From Mustelus asterias (taxonomy: Eukaryota): a DNA stretch of 64,000 nt. Every line of letters begins with the position of its first letter. Position 1 is the first letter of the stretch. Below the pieces are notes generated by a model. That model ran no database searches, was not told the origin of the DNA, and saw nothing but the letters and a program-made list of their open reading frames with translations. Positions 12,925-26,475 of this stretch are shown piece by piece. The stretch is taken from contig NC_135830.1 in NCBI RefSeq assembly GCF_964213995.1, positions 11,036,001 to 11,100,000 on the forward strand, read 5' to 3'. A program made the position numbers and the translations under genes.

Positions 12925-15900
12925 CTCATAGCAGGAAGGGCTTGGCTCTTAGTGAGCAATTAATGGAGGGGTCACCTGTGGTTGTCCCCCTCCAAAACAA
13001 GTATATTGCTTTGGATAGTGTGGAGGAGGATGACTCTCCAGGGGTAAGCCACAGTGACCAGGTCACTGGCACAGAATCAGGTTCTGTGGCCCGGAAAGGA
13101 AAGAGAGGAATTCGGAGAGCAATAGTGGTGGGGGATGCGTCGGTTCGAGGCACGGATAGGCGATTCTGTGGGTGCGAACGGGACTCCAGGATGGTAGTCT
13201 GCCTACCTGGTGTTGGGGTACTGGATGTCTCCGAGCGGATAGGAGGCATATTAAAAGGGGAAGATAAAGAAACGGATGTCGTTGTACACATTGGTGCAAA
13301 TGACGTAGATATGAAGAGCAGGGGGATCGTACGAGAGCAATTCAGGGAGTTGGGAAATAGGCGAAAAGGTAGGGCCTCCAGGGGAGCAAGAGCTGGGCTG
13401 CTCCCAATGTCTCGTGCCAGTGAGGCTAGGAATAGGGAGTTAATACAATTGAACGCTTGGCTAAAGGACTGGTCCAGGAGGGAGGGCTTCATTTTCCTGG
13501 ATCATTGGGAAGTTTTCAAGAGAGGATGGCACCTGTACAAGAAGGATGGGTCACAACTAAATTGGAAGGGCACGAATATCCTGGCTGGGAGTTTTGCTCG
13601 TGCAGTTCGGGTGGGTTTAAACTAATATGGCAGGGGGGTGGGGATCAAAAAATTAGGTCTACAAGTGTAGAGGCTGGGGACGAGCTTGGGGCCAGGACAA
13701 GGCTGGCAAAGAAGAAGAGCACTCTGGGGGAGGATGAACTCACTGGGCCTGGAGGTCTGGAGTGCCTCTACTTCAAAGCAAGGAGCGTAGCAGGTAAGAC
13801 AGACGAACTTAGGGCCTTCATGCTTACGAAGAATTTGGATGTAGTTGCGGTGACAGAGACTTGGTTGAAAGAGAGACAGGACTGGCAGCTGAATATTCCG
13901 GGGTACAAGTGTTTTAGGCGAGACAGAGGAGGGGCCAAAAGAGGTGGGGGAGTAGCAGTATTCGTTAGAGAACATATTACAGCGGTGCAGAGGGAGGACA
14001 ATTCAGAGGGGTCGTGTAACGAGTCACTGTGGGTGGAGCTCAGAAACAGGAAGGGCGCAGTCACTATGTTGGGGATATACTACAGGCCCTCCAACAGCCC
14101 AAGGGAAGTGGAAGAACGGATATGTCAGGAGATACTGGATAGGTGCAGGAAAAAATAGGGTTGTTGCAGTGGGAGACTTCAATTTCCCTGGTATAGAATG
14201 GAAATCGCTTAGAGCTGGGACTCTGAATGGGGAGGAATTTGTAAAATGCGTACAGGAAGGTTCTTTGGAACAATATGTAGATAGCCCGACTAGAGAGGGG
14301 GCTATACTGGACCTAGTACTGGGGAATGAGCCCGGTCAGGTCTTCAAAGTTTCAGTAGGGGAACATGTGGCAAATAGTGACCACAATTCTGTTAGCTTTA
14401 GGATAGCGATGGAAAAGGATGAGTGGTGTCCCAAGGGTAAGGTGTTGAATTGGGGGAAGGCTAACTTTAGTGGGATTAGGCAGAAATTGGCAGTTGTTGA
14501 TTGGGAGAGGCTGTTTGAGGGTAAATCCACAACTGGCATGTGGGAGTCTTTTAAGGAACAGTTGTTAGGGCTGCAGGACAGGCATGTGCCTGTAAAAAAG
14601 AAGGATAGGAAGGGTAGGATTCGAGAACCGTGGATAAACAGGGAAATTGAGGGACTGGTCAAAAAGAAAAGGGAGGCGTACGTTAGGTCCAGGCAGTTAA
14701 AAACGGAGGGAGCTCTGGAGGAATACAAAGAAAGTCGGAAAGAACTCAAAAGAGGAATTAGAAGGGCAAAAAGGGGTCACGAAATGTTCTTGGCAGACAG
14801 GATTAAGGAGAATCCCAAGGCATTTTATTCATACGTTAGGAACAAAAGGGGTGTCAGGGAAAAAATCAGACCTCTCAGGGACAAAAGTGGGGAATTATGC
14901 TCAGAGCCCAAAGAAGTAGGGGAGATCCTAAATGAATACTTTGCGTTGGTATTCACAAAGGAGAGGGATGTGTTGACTGGGAGTGTCTCGGAGGGGAGTG
15001 TTGAACCATTAGAGAAAATCTCCATTACAAGGGAGGAAGTGTTAGGTTTTTTAGAGAATATAAAGACTGACAAGTCCCCAGGGCCTGATGGAATCTATCC
15101 AAGGCTGCTCAGGGAGACGAGAGATAAAATCGCTGGGCCTCTGACGCAAATCTTTATCTCATCACTGGACACAGGTGAGGTCCCAGAGGATTGGAGGATA
15201 GCTAATGTGGTCCCGTTATTTAAGAAGGGTAGGAAGGATAACCCGGGTAATTATAGGCCGGTGAGCTTGACGTCCATGGTAGGGAAGTTGTTGGAGAGAA
15301 TTCTTAGAGATAGGATGTATGCACATTTAGAAAGGAATAAACTCATTAACGATAGTCAGCATGGTTTTGTGAGAAGGAGGTCATGCCTCACTAACCTGGT
15401 GGAGTTTTTTGAAGAAGTGACTAGAATGGTTGACGAGGGAAGGGCCGTGGATGTCGTCTCTATGGACTTTAGTAAAGCGTTTGACAAAGTCCCTCACGGT
15501 AGGCTGGTGCAAAAGGTTGGATCTCATGGGATAAAGGGGGAGGTGGCTAGATGGGTGGAGAACTGGCTTGTCACAGAAGACAGAGGGTGGGAGTGGAAGG
15601 GTCTTTTACCGGCTGGAGGCCTGTGACGAGTGGTGTTCCGCAGGGCTCTGTATTGGGACCTCTGCTGTTTGTGATTTACATAAACGATCTGGAAGAAGAT
15701 GTAACTGGGGTGATCAGTAAGTTTGCGGACGACACGAAATTGGCTGGAATTGGCGATAGTGAGGAACATTGTCAGAGACTACAGATGGATATAGATCGGC
15801 TGGAAATTTGGGCAAAGAAATGGCAGATGGAGTTCAAACCAGATCAATGCGAAGTGATGCATTTTGGTAGAGCTAATGTAGGGGGGAGCAATGCGATAAA

Positions 15901-16630
15901 TGGCAGAATCATAAAGGGTGTAGATACGCAGAGGGACCTGGGTGTGCAATTCCACAGATCCTTGAAGGTGACGTCACAGGTGGAGAAGGTGGTGAAAAAG
16001 GCATATGGCATGCTAGCCTTTATAGGACGGGGTATAGAGTATAAAGGTTGGGATCTGATGTTGCAGATGCATAGAACGTTGGTTCGGCCGCATTTGGAAT
16101 ACTGCATCCAGTTCTGGTCGCCACACTACCAGAAGGACTTGGAGGCTTTAGAGAGAGTGCAGAGGAGGTTTACCAGGATGTTGCCTGGTTTGGAGGGGCT
16201 TAGTTATGAGGAGAGATTGAGTAAACTGGGGTTGTTTTCACTGGAAAGACGGAGGATGAGGGGAGACCTAATAGAGGTGTATAAAATTATGAAAGACATA
16301 GATAGGGTGAACGGTGGGAAGCTTTTTCCCAGGCCGGTGGTGACGTTCACGAGGGGTCATAGGTTCAAGGTGAGAGGCGGGGGGGAGGTTTAACATGGAT
16401 ATCAGAAGGACATATTTTACACAGAGGGTGGTGGGGGCCTGGAATGCGCTGCCAGGCAAGGTGGTGGAGGTGGGCACACTGGGAACGTTTAAGACTTATC
16501 TCGATAGCCACATGAACGGAGTGGGTATGGAGGGATACAAAAGAATGGTCTAGTTTGGACCAGGGAGCGGCGGGGGCTTGGAGGGCCGAAGGGCCTCTTC
16601 CTGTACCGTATTGTTCTTTGTTCTTTGTTG
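12925..16630 (+). mobile_element. CR1 LINE, partial ORF1 (SGNH/GDSL esterase) plus frameshifted ORF2 (APE+RT)
   Basis: ORF1 12942-13625 (VVGDA, HIGAND). ORF2 pieces 13457-14158, 14169-15626 and 15551-16393 (TETW, GDFNFP, SDH, FADD). (TTCTTTG)n tail. Confidence 0.95.
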
Positions 16631-17360
16631 AAAAAAGCTTCTGACTACCCACTCTGTCCATGCCCCTCATAATCTTGCACATTTTTATCAGGTCACCCCT
16701 CAACCTCCGTCGTTCCAGTGAGAACAACGCAAGTTTCTCCAACCTCCCCTCATAACTAATGCCCTCCATACCAGGCACCATCCCGGTAAATCTTTTATGT
16801 ACCCTCTCCAAAGCCTCCACATCTTTCTGGTAGTGTAGCGACCAGAATTGAACACTATATTCCAAGTGCGGCCTAACTAAGGTTCTATAAGCTGCAACAT
16901 GACTTGCCAATTTTTAAATTCAATGCCCCGGCTGATGAAGGCAAGCATGCCGTATGCCTTCTTGACTACCTTTTCCACCTGGGTTGCCACTTTCAATGAC
17001 CTTTACACCTGATCCCTCTGCTATCAATACTCTTCAGGGTTCTGCCCTTTACTGTATATTTCCTATCTGCATTATACCTTCCAAAATGCATTACCTCACA
17101 TTTGTCCGGATTGAGCTCCATCTGCCATCTCTCCGCTCAAGCCTGTAACCGAACTATATCCTGCTGCATCCTCAGATGGTCCTCATCGCTATCTGCAGGT
17201 CTACCAATCCGCAAATCTACCAACCTTTGTTTCGTCTGCAAACTTACTAATCAATCCGGTTACATTTTCTTCCAAATCATTTATATATATTACAAACAGC
17301 AAAGTCCCAGCACTGATCCCTGAGGAACGCCACTTGTCACAGCCCTCCATTCAGAAACAC
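16631..17360 (-). mobile_element. CR1 LINE RT/C-terminal fragment
   Basis: ORF 16365-16910 YRTLVRPHLEYSVQFWS, and a GVPQG-encoding sequence near 17310-17335. Confidence 0.85.
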
Positions 17361-18039
17361 TTTTATTTTAGTGGTCTAACCATTATAATGCCGTCCCCTC
17401 ACTCACATCCTCCCCCACCCCCACCCCCCCCCCCGCCCCACCCCCCTCCCCAACCCGCCGAAAAATATGACAACGAAAAACAATGGAAGTTAAGGTAATT
17501 CCTGATAGGAATAACGAATTGAAGAGCTAACTGGTCACCTGGAAGCGAGAAGAACCCAAAAACGTTCCCAATACCCAAAGCGAAACGCTGCTCCTGTGCC
17601 TGGTTTGACTACATTGGCTGCAGCAGTGATTAGGGCCATTTGGAATGGGCTATAAACGTTAGCCAGGCCAGCGACTCCCACACACAATGTATTTGTTGCT
17701 TCACCCAGCGGTACGTGCATTTCCGGCAGTGCCAGAATGTATTTCCCATCCCGAATCACCATTGAACCGCGTGGCTTGCATTGACCATGGTGTTGTACTT
17801 GAAGTCTCATGTAGTGAACCAGATGGGTTTTAACAACAATTGACTCATGGTTCGATTGTTGAATTCCAGGTTGCTTTTATTGAATTCAGATTTCTCCAGT
17901 TGCCATGGCAGGAATTCAATCCTCATGTGTGTCCAAAGCTTTAGCCCTGGCTTTCTGGATTAATCGTCATGCCGTTACAGCACCCCTGAAGGGGGAGGGA
18001 GGAACAATTGATCATGGTGGGTTTTGTGCCCGTGTTCAC

Positions 18040-18372
18040 CATAGAATATAATAATAGAATCGTAAAAACCATACACTGCAGAAAGTGGCCGTTCGGCCCA
18101 TCGAGTCTGCACTGATTCTCCGAAAGAGAAATCAACCCAGACCCTCCCCTCTGCCCACGGTCAATCCACCTAACCTGCTCATCTGTGGGCACAAAGGTGC
18201 ATTTTGCCATGGCCAATCTACCCAATCTGCACATCCTTGGACTGAGGGAGACCAGAGCACCCGGATGAAACCCACGCAGACACGGCGAGAACGTGCAAAC
18301 TCAACACAGGCAGCCACCCAAGGCTGGAATCGAACCCGTACCTCTGGCACTGCAGAGCTAACCACTGTGCCG
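18040..18372 (-). mobile_element. HE1-type SINE (diverged)
   Basis: Similar to the SINE at 28411-28757 in reverse orientation. Confidence 0.75.
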
Positions 18373-19650
18373 AGGACTCTGGATGACTTGCCCAGAGACC
18401 GCTCCCCCGAGCAACAAACCCATAAAACTTTCGTGTGACTTCTCAACCTGTACTTGATATTTTAAGAGGAATGATCCAGCTCTCTAACAGGAATGGCACA
18501 AATTACACTTCTCAGTCTCGAAGTCCATGCTCTGAATTTCCTATCAGGTGTTGATTTTCTTTTGCTTCTCGGCAGTAGGGGGGTTAATCGACTTTGGCTT
18601 GCTTATTTTGATAGAAACTGTTGAGATAAAATGATACATGCGTTCACTGCTGATTGGGGGAACCAGGGTCTGGTTGACAAGGCGACCAACGGCAGCAGGA
18701 TGTGGGCCGAGTGTGCGGTTTCAGTCAAGAGGTCGCTGAGCCTCTCAGTTTACTCAAAGACCAGAACGTGTGGTTTAATCACCCGGGACTGGAAACTCCA
18801 GCAGCGAGGTGGCAGTTAGGCAGTGCGGGGGGAGGGGTGAGAGGCCAGATGTTGCCAACTGTCGACAAGCATGAATCTTTTCAGAGACTTTCCCAGCGAC
18901 TGAAGCTGCAGTAGATTTCTGCAGACGACAGTTCCAAAGGCACACAGGCATCTGAGAGAATAAACAATTATTTTCTTCGCCCTCTTTCCTATCTGTCCCG
19001 CAAAGGTTAAACATTCCGTCAGCTTCCACCCTCACACCGCTGGCCCCATTACCCCTCCGAACCCCCACCTCCCCACAACAACCGCCCCCCCCGCCCAAAA
19101 AAGATCATATATGTTTCAAAAAATCATCACTCAATCTTCTGCACTCCAATGGACTCTGTCCGATCTTTCCTGTATAACCCCATTCCAACTCCCCAATTCA
19201 GTCGAGCTTCCCCGCCTTAAGAAAGAAAATCTGCGGTCTTTACGCCGTCTGGCTTTCATGACTCCTGACACGCAGTATTGTTTATTCATTCATGGAACAT
19301 GGGCGTTTATTGCCCATCTCCAGTTGCCCTTGGAGGGCAGTTGACAGTCAACCACATTGATGTGGCTCTAGACTCACGTGTTGGCCAAACCAGGTAAGCA
19401 CGGCAGATTTCCTTCCCCAAAGGACATCGTGACCCAACTGTTTTTTTTCTGACAATTGGCAATGATTTTACTGTCATCAGTAGATTCGAAATTTCAGATA
19501 TTTTTATTGAATTGTGTTTCAAACACGGGACCCCAGAACATTAGCTGAGTTTTTGGATTGATACTCGAGCGATAATATCACTACGCCATTCCCTCCCCTG
19601 GGGAGATGGCCATTAGCAAACTATACTGTTCAAGGGAAATTAGCAAGAGC

Positions 19651-19840
19651 AACACAAAACCAGAAAATACTGGAAAAGCTCTGCAGCTCTGACATCATCT
19701 GTGAAGAGAGAATAGTGTTAGCGTTTCGAGTCCGGATGGCCCTGACGAATCGTCATCGAGACTCGAAACTTTGGCTCTATTCTCTCTCCACAGATGCTGT
19801 CAGACCCACTGAGATATTCCAGAATGTTTTGTTTTTGTTT
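19651..19840. mobile_element. Palindromic Penelope-like repeat
   Basis: Inverted arms flanking CTGACGA...CGAAAC at 19742-19769. Confidence 0.55.
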
Positions 19841-21069
19841 TGGATTATAGAATCCGCAGTAATTTGCGTTTCGGACAAGCAACAATTTTTGGCCTTGCGA
19901 ATAATACTGATAGCCCAATGAATGAAAATTATTGAGAAAGAATCCAAGAATTAACAAGTATCTGTTTAACCGATTCTTCAGGAAGCAACTATTAGTGAAT
20001 CAAATGAAAGTGTTGCACTCCAGTCAATCCTGTCACTCATCCGGTTCATACATTAAGGAACGAGGCAATTCGGCCTAACGAGCGCATGCTTGCTATCTCA
20101 ATGAGCTCAAAAAAACCCACTGCATTTGCCGTTGGCACATGTCCCTCTGCATGTTATACTTTCGATTTTGTAATCATTCTCTTTTGAAAGTCACCACGGA
20201 AATGTTTACTCTGGTCTTTGAGACAATGAATCCCAAACCCTAACAATTGGCAATGTAAACCCGACTTGCTCATCTTCGATTCCAGGAACAGTTCTTGCTA
20301 CGTCTCTTACACGTGCGCCTTACCAAGCCGCCGTGAAATTTTAATATGTATACAGTAACATACAGGCTACTGAGAAGTAGGAGTTGGTCACTTCCGGCCT
20401 GCTCTGCCAGTAAATAAGATTATGGCCGATCTCATTATAAGCTTCTGCCAACACTGATCACCTTTCACCCTCCTTGTTCACTAAGAATCTAGCTCCTTCT
20501 GCCTTTAAAAATATTGAAAGACTGCTTCCACTGCCTTCTGAGGAAGGGACTTCCAGGGACACATGACCCTCTGAGAGGAAAACCTCCCCACTCTTCCTCT
20601 CCTAAACGTGCGACCCCTTATTTGTAAAGAGTGCCCTTGGGGCTTCAGTGGAGCATTGCAGCAGGCTAAGGAGGGACTCGTAGGCAGGAAGAGTGAAGAT
20701 GAAAACAGGTTGTGCGTTGGAATTCTCGAAATGAGCCACGCATTTCTTTTCAGGGAAGAAACCAGCGTGAACGTAAGAGGCCAAAGTGCAGCATTTCTGA
20801 CAAAAACAGGAAACGCTGCTTGCATCATGCCAGCCAGTAACTGTGCAAGTGAGAAACCGAGTTAAGGTTTCAGATTGATGTCTTTGCATGAGGGCTGGAA
20901 GATGTAAGAGATGACGAGTTATTTATATTCTTCCGCCCTATGTGGTTGCTGCAGCCTCTCGCCTCTTGTCTCACTAAACATTTCAGAAGATAGCTAAATG
21001 TCGGCCACATTTCTCTAGGTCTTTTCTCACACATAGTCCAGGTTGTCGGCAGATTTCCTTTCTGAAAGA

Positions 21070-21460
21070 ACATAAAAACTAGAAGCAGGAATAGGCCATC
21101 TGGCCCTCCGAGCCTGATCCGCCATTCAATAAGATTATGGCTGATTTTTTCATGGGCTCAGCTCCGCTTACCCGCCCGCTCACCATAACCCTGAATTCCT
21201 TTACTGCTCAAAAATCTATCTTTACCTTAAAAACGCTTAACGATGTAGCCTCAACTGCTTCACTGGACAGGGATTTATACAGATTCACAGCCATTTAGGT
21301 GAAGAGGTTCCTCCTCAACACAGTCCAAAATCTCCTCATCTTTATTTTGAGGTCTTGTCCCTTAGTTCTAATTTCATTTGCTATGGAAACAACCTCCTTG
21401 CTTCTATCTTATCTATTCCTTTCATAATTGTATGCGTTTCTATAAGAACCCCCATTTTCT
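21070..21460 (-). mobile_element. CR1 LINE 3' fragment (related to the 24.0-26.5 kb element)
   Basis: AGCAGGAATAGGCCATC...CCGCCATTCAATAAGATTATGGCTGAT matches the 3' UTR at 24020-24085. Confidence 0.75.
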
Positions 21461-21985
21461 TCCAAACTCCATTGAGCATTGATACAGCATTGCTGCGCAG
21501 AATGTGCTTATGCAACAACGGATGACAGTTTTCTTAAGTTCTCTATTATTCAGCCGAATTTTCAAATCTGCATTTTTATTAATTAAATTTAAATTCCACC
21601 TGTCATCGTTGGTGGGATTTGAACTCGTGTTTCCAGAGCACCAGATAATACTTCCCCGAGCCACAGCCATTACCACGGTAAAATCACAAGGGCAGTAGAT
21701 ACCTGAGGACACCATCAAAAGGAGATTCACCCTCCAAGTCACTCACCATCCCGACTTGGAAATATATCGGCAGTTCCTTCAGTACTGCTGGGTCATAATC
21801 CTGGAATTGTCAGAAATGTATATCTTTCAATGAGATCTCCCATTCTTCAGAATTTAATTGAATGCACACCTCAATCTCTCCTCAAAGGACAATGCTTACA
21901 TCCCAAGTATCAGTCTGGTGAACTTGTGGTGCACCCCATCTATAACAAGTATGTTCTTTCTCGCCTTCCTATCTAAACCCAGATT

Positions 21986-22290
21986 GGCGGGACATTGACA
22001 TAGTGGTTAGCACTGCTGCATCATAGCACCAGGGACCCGGGTTCGATTCCTGGCCTGGGTCACTATCTGTGCGGAGTGTGCACGTTGTCCCCGTGTCTGC
22101 TTAGGTTTTCTCCGGGTGCTCCGGTTTCCTCCTACAGTCTGAAAGATGTACTGGTTAGGTGCATTGACCAAGCTAAATTCTACATCAATGTACTGGAACA
22201 GGCGCCGGAGTGTGACGACTAGAGGATTTTCACAGTGACATTATTGCAGTATTAATGTAAGCCTACCTGTGACACAAATAAATAAACTTA
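21986..22290 (+). mobile_element. tRNA-derived HE1-related SINE
   Basis: A-box-like AGTGGTTAGCACTG, B-box GGTTCGATTCC and core CTCCGGGTGCTCCGGTTTCCTCC. Confidence 0.8.
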
Positions 22291-22899
22291 AAAGTTATTG
22301 TTGAATGCAAAAATTCACATTGCATTCGGTGCACTGAGGGTGCTGGGTGGGGAATTGGATTGAACCCGTGTGCCCATAATATTAGTCTGGGACTCTCCAG
22401 TGACATGGTCACTGTCCTACGATCTCCACCTTCCAAATATGTTATTCAGATTTGAATTAATTATTGAGCAACCTATATGAATGCATGAACATTTCTGTTT
22501 CAGTGTCCAGATGCGCCCTACGTCCGCCCCCTGCTGACTGCCCATTGCACAGCGGGAACAGGCGGATGCCACGATTCTCTCTGTCTTTCCTCTGGATGAC
22601 CAGAGGTGCAGAAAATAATACAACTCAAACATTAGGCTGCAAACGGCAAGAACCATAAGTACAACTGCAGAGTCCAAAAGCAGAAAGAAAGGCACATTCT
22701 GGGCTGTTTCGACGGTTTCAGGACATGGAAATTGATCTGTTCTTATGTGTGCTGTAGATTTGAACCTAACGGCTCAGCGCTGAAAGAGTTAATCGAAAAG
22801 TGAGCATGCGATGAGCAGGAGCTACTGTAAGTGCTTCAGTGCAAGGGAGCCCCATCAGTAAGACCAGAACCTTGCAGTCATGGAGTATAGTGAGGAATC

Positions 22900-23650
22900 T
22901 CTCTCACTCTCTCTCTCAAGCACACATACTCTCACACACGCACATACACACACTCAAACAAACACGCACACAGAAAAACGCACACTCAGACATGCACACA
23001 CACTCAGGTAAACGCGCACACACACTCAGACAATCAGAAACAAACACACATACAAACACGCACCCAAACGCTCAGACAAATACACGCACACAAACACACA
23101 CCCATAGGCATACACACACACTCAGACAAAAATGCAAACTCTCTTAGACAAAAGCTGACACACACACAATCACAGACGTAGACAAAGACACACAGATTAC
23201 CTCAGGCAAAATGACACACACACATATATACACGCACACACACAGATACATACATGCACACAAGCACATGCATAGATACTCACACTGTCAGATAAACACA
23301 CACACAGGCGCACACACACACACATTGACAAGCAAACACAAACACACACTCTCAGACAACACAAATATACACACACTCAAACAAGCACATAGAAACACAC
23401 ACACTCTCATAGAGCAGACACAAATGCTCAGACAAACTCAGACACACATACACACACGCTGCCTTTCAGCTAAATACACACACTCAGACACACACAAACA
23501 GAATCTCAGAAATCATACACACGGATACACCCACACAGAGCCCCAGACAGACACACACATGCAGTATCAAAAGAACATGCAGAGAAAGATATACACTGTT
23601 GCTCAGGGAAAACAAAAAAACATACACAGACCCACACACACAGAAACAGA
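22900..23650. repeat. Degenerate (CA)-rich low-complexity array
   Basis: Directly visible. It generates spurious His/Thr-rich ORFs. Confidence 0.85.
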
Positions 23651-23992
23651 AAAAATAGAAACCGGAAAAGGCCTTTCGGCCTTTCGAGCCTTCTTCGCCA
23701 CTCATTATGATCATGGATGATCATCAAATTGAATATCCTGATCGTGCCTTCCCTCCAGATCCCTTGCTCCCTTTAGCCCCAAGAGCTATATCTAATTTCT
23801 TCTTGAAATCCAGCAACGTTTTGGTCATAATCACTTCCTGTGCTAGTGAATTCCACAGATTCACCACTGTCTGGGTGATGAAGTTTCTCTTCACCTCAGT
23901 TCTAAAGGTTTTACCCCTTATCCTCAGACTATGACCCCCTAGTTCTGGACTCCCCAGCCTTCTGGGATAATCTTTCTGAATTTACCCTGTCT

Positions 23993-26475
23993 AATAAGAA
24001 CATAAGAACATAAGAAATAGGAGCAGGAGTAGGCCATCTAGCCCCTCGAGCCTGCCCCGCCATTCAATAAGATCATGGCTGATCTGACGTGGATCAGTAC
24101 CACTTACCCGCCTGATCCCCATAACCCTTAATTCCCTTACCGATCAGGAATCCATCCATCCGCGCTTTAAACATATTCAGCGAGGTAGCCTCCACCACCT
24201 CAGTGCGCAGAGAATTCCAGAGATTCACCACCCTCTGGGAGAAGAAGTTCCTCCTCAACTCTGTCTTAAACCGACCCCCCTTTATTTTGAGGCTGTGTCC
24301 TCTAGTTTTAACTTCCTTACTAAGTGGAAAGAATCTCTCCGCCTCCACCCTATCCAGCCCCCGCATTATCTTAGAAGTCTCCATAAGATCCCCCCTCATC
24401 CTTCTAAACTCCAACGAGTACAAACCCAATCTCCTCAGCCTCTCCTCATAATCCAAACCCCTCATCTCCGGTATCAACCTGGTGAACCTTCTCTGCACTC
24501 CCTCCAATGCCAATATATCCTTCCTCATATAAGGGGACCAATACTGCACACAGTATTCCAGCTGCGGCCTCACCAATGACCTGTACAGGTGCATCAAGAC
24601 ATCCCTGCTTTTATATTCTATCCCCCTCGCGATATAGGCCAACATCCCATTTGCCTTCTTGATCACCTGTTGTACCTGCAGACTGGGCTTTTGTGTCTCA
24701 TGCACAAGGACCCCCAGGTCCCTTTGCACGGTAGCATGTTTTAATTTGTTTCCATTGAGATAGTAATCCCATTTGTTATTATTTCCTCCAAAGTGTATAA
24801 CCTCGCATTTATCAACGTTATGCTCCATTTGCCATATCCTCGCCCACTCACTCAGCCTGTCCAAATCTCTCTGCAGATCTTCTCCGTCCTCCACACGATT
24901 CACTTTTCTACTTATCTTTGTGTCGTCTGCAAACTTCGTTACCCTACACTCCGTCCCCTCCTCCAGATCATCTATATAAATGGTAAATAGTTGCGGCCCG
25001 AGTACCGATCCCTGCGGCACGCCACTAGTTACCTTCCTCCAACCGGAAAAACACCCATTTATTCCGACTCTTTGCTTCCTGTCGGATAGCCAGTCCCCAA
25101 TCCACTTTAACACACTACCCCCAACTCCGTGTGCCCTAATCTTCTTCAGCAGCCTTTTATGGGGCACCTTATCAAACGCCTTTTGGAAATCCAAAAACAC
25201 CGCATCCACTGGTTCTCCTCCATCAACCGCCCTAGTCACATCTTCATAAAAATCCAACATGTTCGTCAAGCACGACTTTCCCCTCATGAATCCATGCTGT
25301 GTCTGATTGATCGAACCATTTCTATCCAGATGCCCTGCTATCTCCTCTTTAATAATGGATTCCAGCATTTTCCCTACTACAGACGTTAAGCTGACCGGCC
25401 TATAGTTACCCGCCTTTTGTCTCCTTCCTTTTTTAAACAGCGGCGTAACATTAGCCGTTTTCCAATCAACCGGCACTACCCCAGAATGCAACGAGTTTTG
25501 ATAAATAATCACTAACGCATCCACTATTACCTCTGACATTTCTTTCAATACCCTGGGATGCATTCCATCCGGACCCGGGGACTTGTCCACCTTCAGTCCC
25601 ATTAGTCTACCCAGCACTGCCTCTCTGGTAACATTAATTGTATTAAGTATTTCTCCTGCTGCCAACCCTCTATCGTTAATATTTGGCAAACTATTTGTGT
25701 CCTCCACCGTGAAGACCGACACAAAAAACTTATTTAAAGACTCAGCCATATCCTCATTTCCCACTATTAACTCCCCCCTCTCGTCCTCCAAGGGTCCAAC
25801 ATTCACTCTAGCCACTCTATTCCTTTTTATATATTTATAAAAACTTTTACTTTCATTTTTTATATTAATTGCTAGCCGAGCTTCATAGTCTATCCTTCCT
25901 TTCTTTATCGCTTTCTTCGTCTCTCTTTTTTGTTTCTTAAATTTTTCCCAATCACTTGTTTCTCCACTATTTTTGGCCACTCTGTACGCAGCTGTTTTTA
26001 TTTTAATACTCTCCTTTATTTCCTTCGTTATCCACGGCTGGTTCTCCCTTTTCTTACAATCCTTGTTTTTTGCTGGAATATATTTTTGCTGAGAACTGAA
26101 AAGGATCTCCTTAAAAACCCTCCACTGTTCCTCAGCTATCCTACCTGCCAGCTTGCTCTCCCAGTCTACCTTAGCCAATTCATCCCTCATCCTATCATAT
26201 TTCCCTCTGTTCAAACAGAGGACACTGGTTTGGGACCAAACTTTCTCCTCTTCCATCTGAATCAGAAATTCGACCATATTGTGGTCACTAGACCCAAGAG
26301 GGTCCTTCACAATAAGATCCTTAATTCTACCTACCTCGTTACACAATACCAGATCCAAAATAGCTCGTTCCCTCGTCGGTTCCGTAACATGCTGTTCAAG
26401 GAAACTATCCCGACAGCATTCTAAGTACTCTTCCTCCATTCCACCCTTACCGACTTGAGTCTGCCAGTCGATGTA
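23993..26475 (-). mobile_element. Young 5'-truncated CR1 LINE with an uninterrupted 781-aa ORF2 portion, nested in an older CR1
   Basis: ORF 24094-26439 has SDH, YRPVSLTS, QHGF, GVPQGS and FADD. (AACATAAG)n tail. Older CR1 sequence lies on both sides (about 23660-23992 and 26476-27590). Confidence 0.95.
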
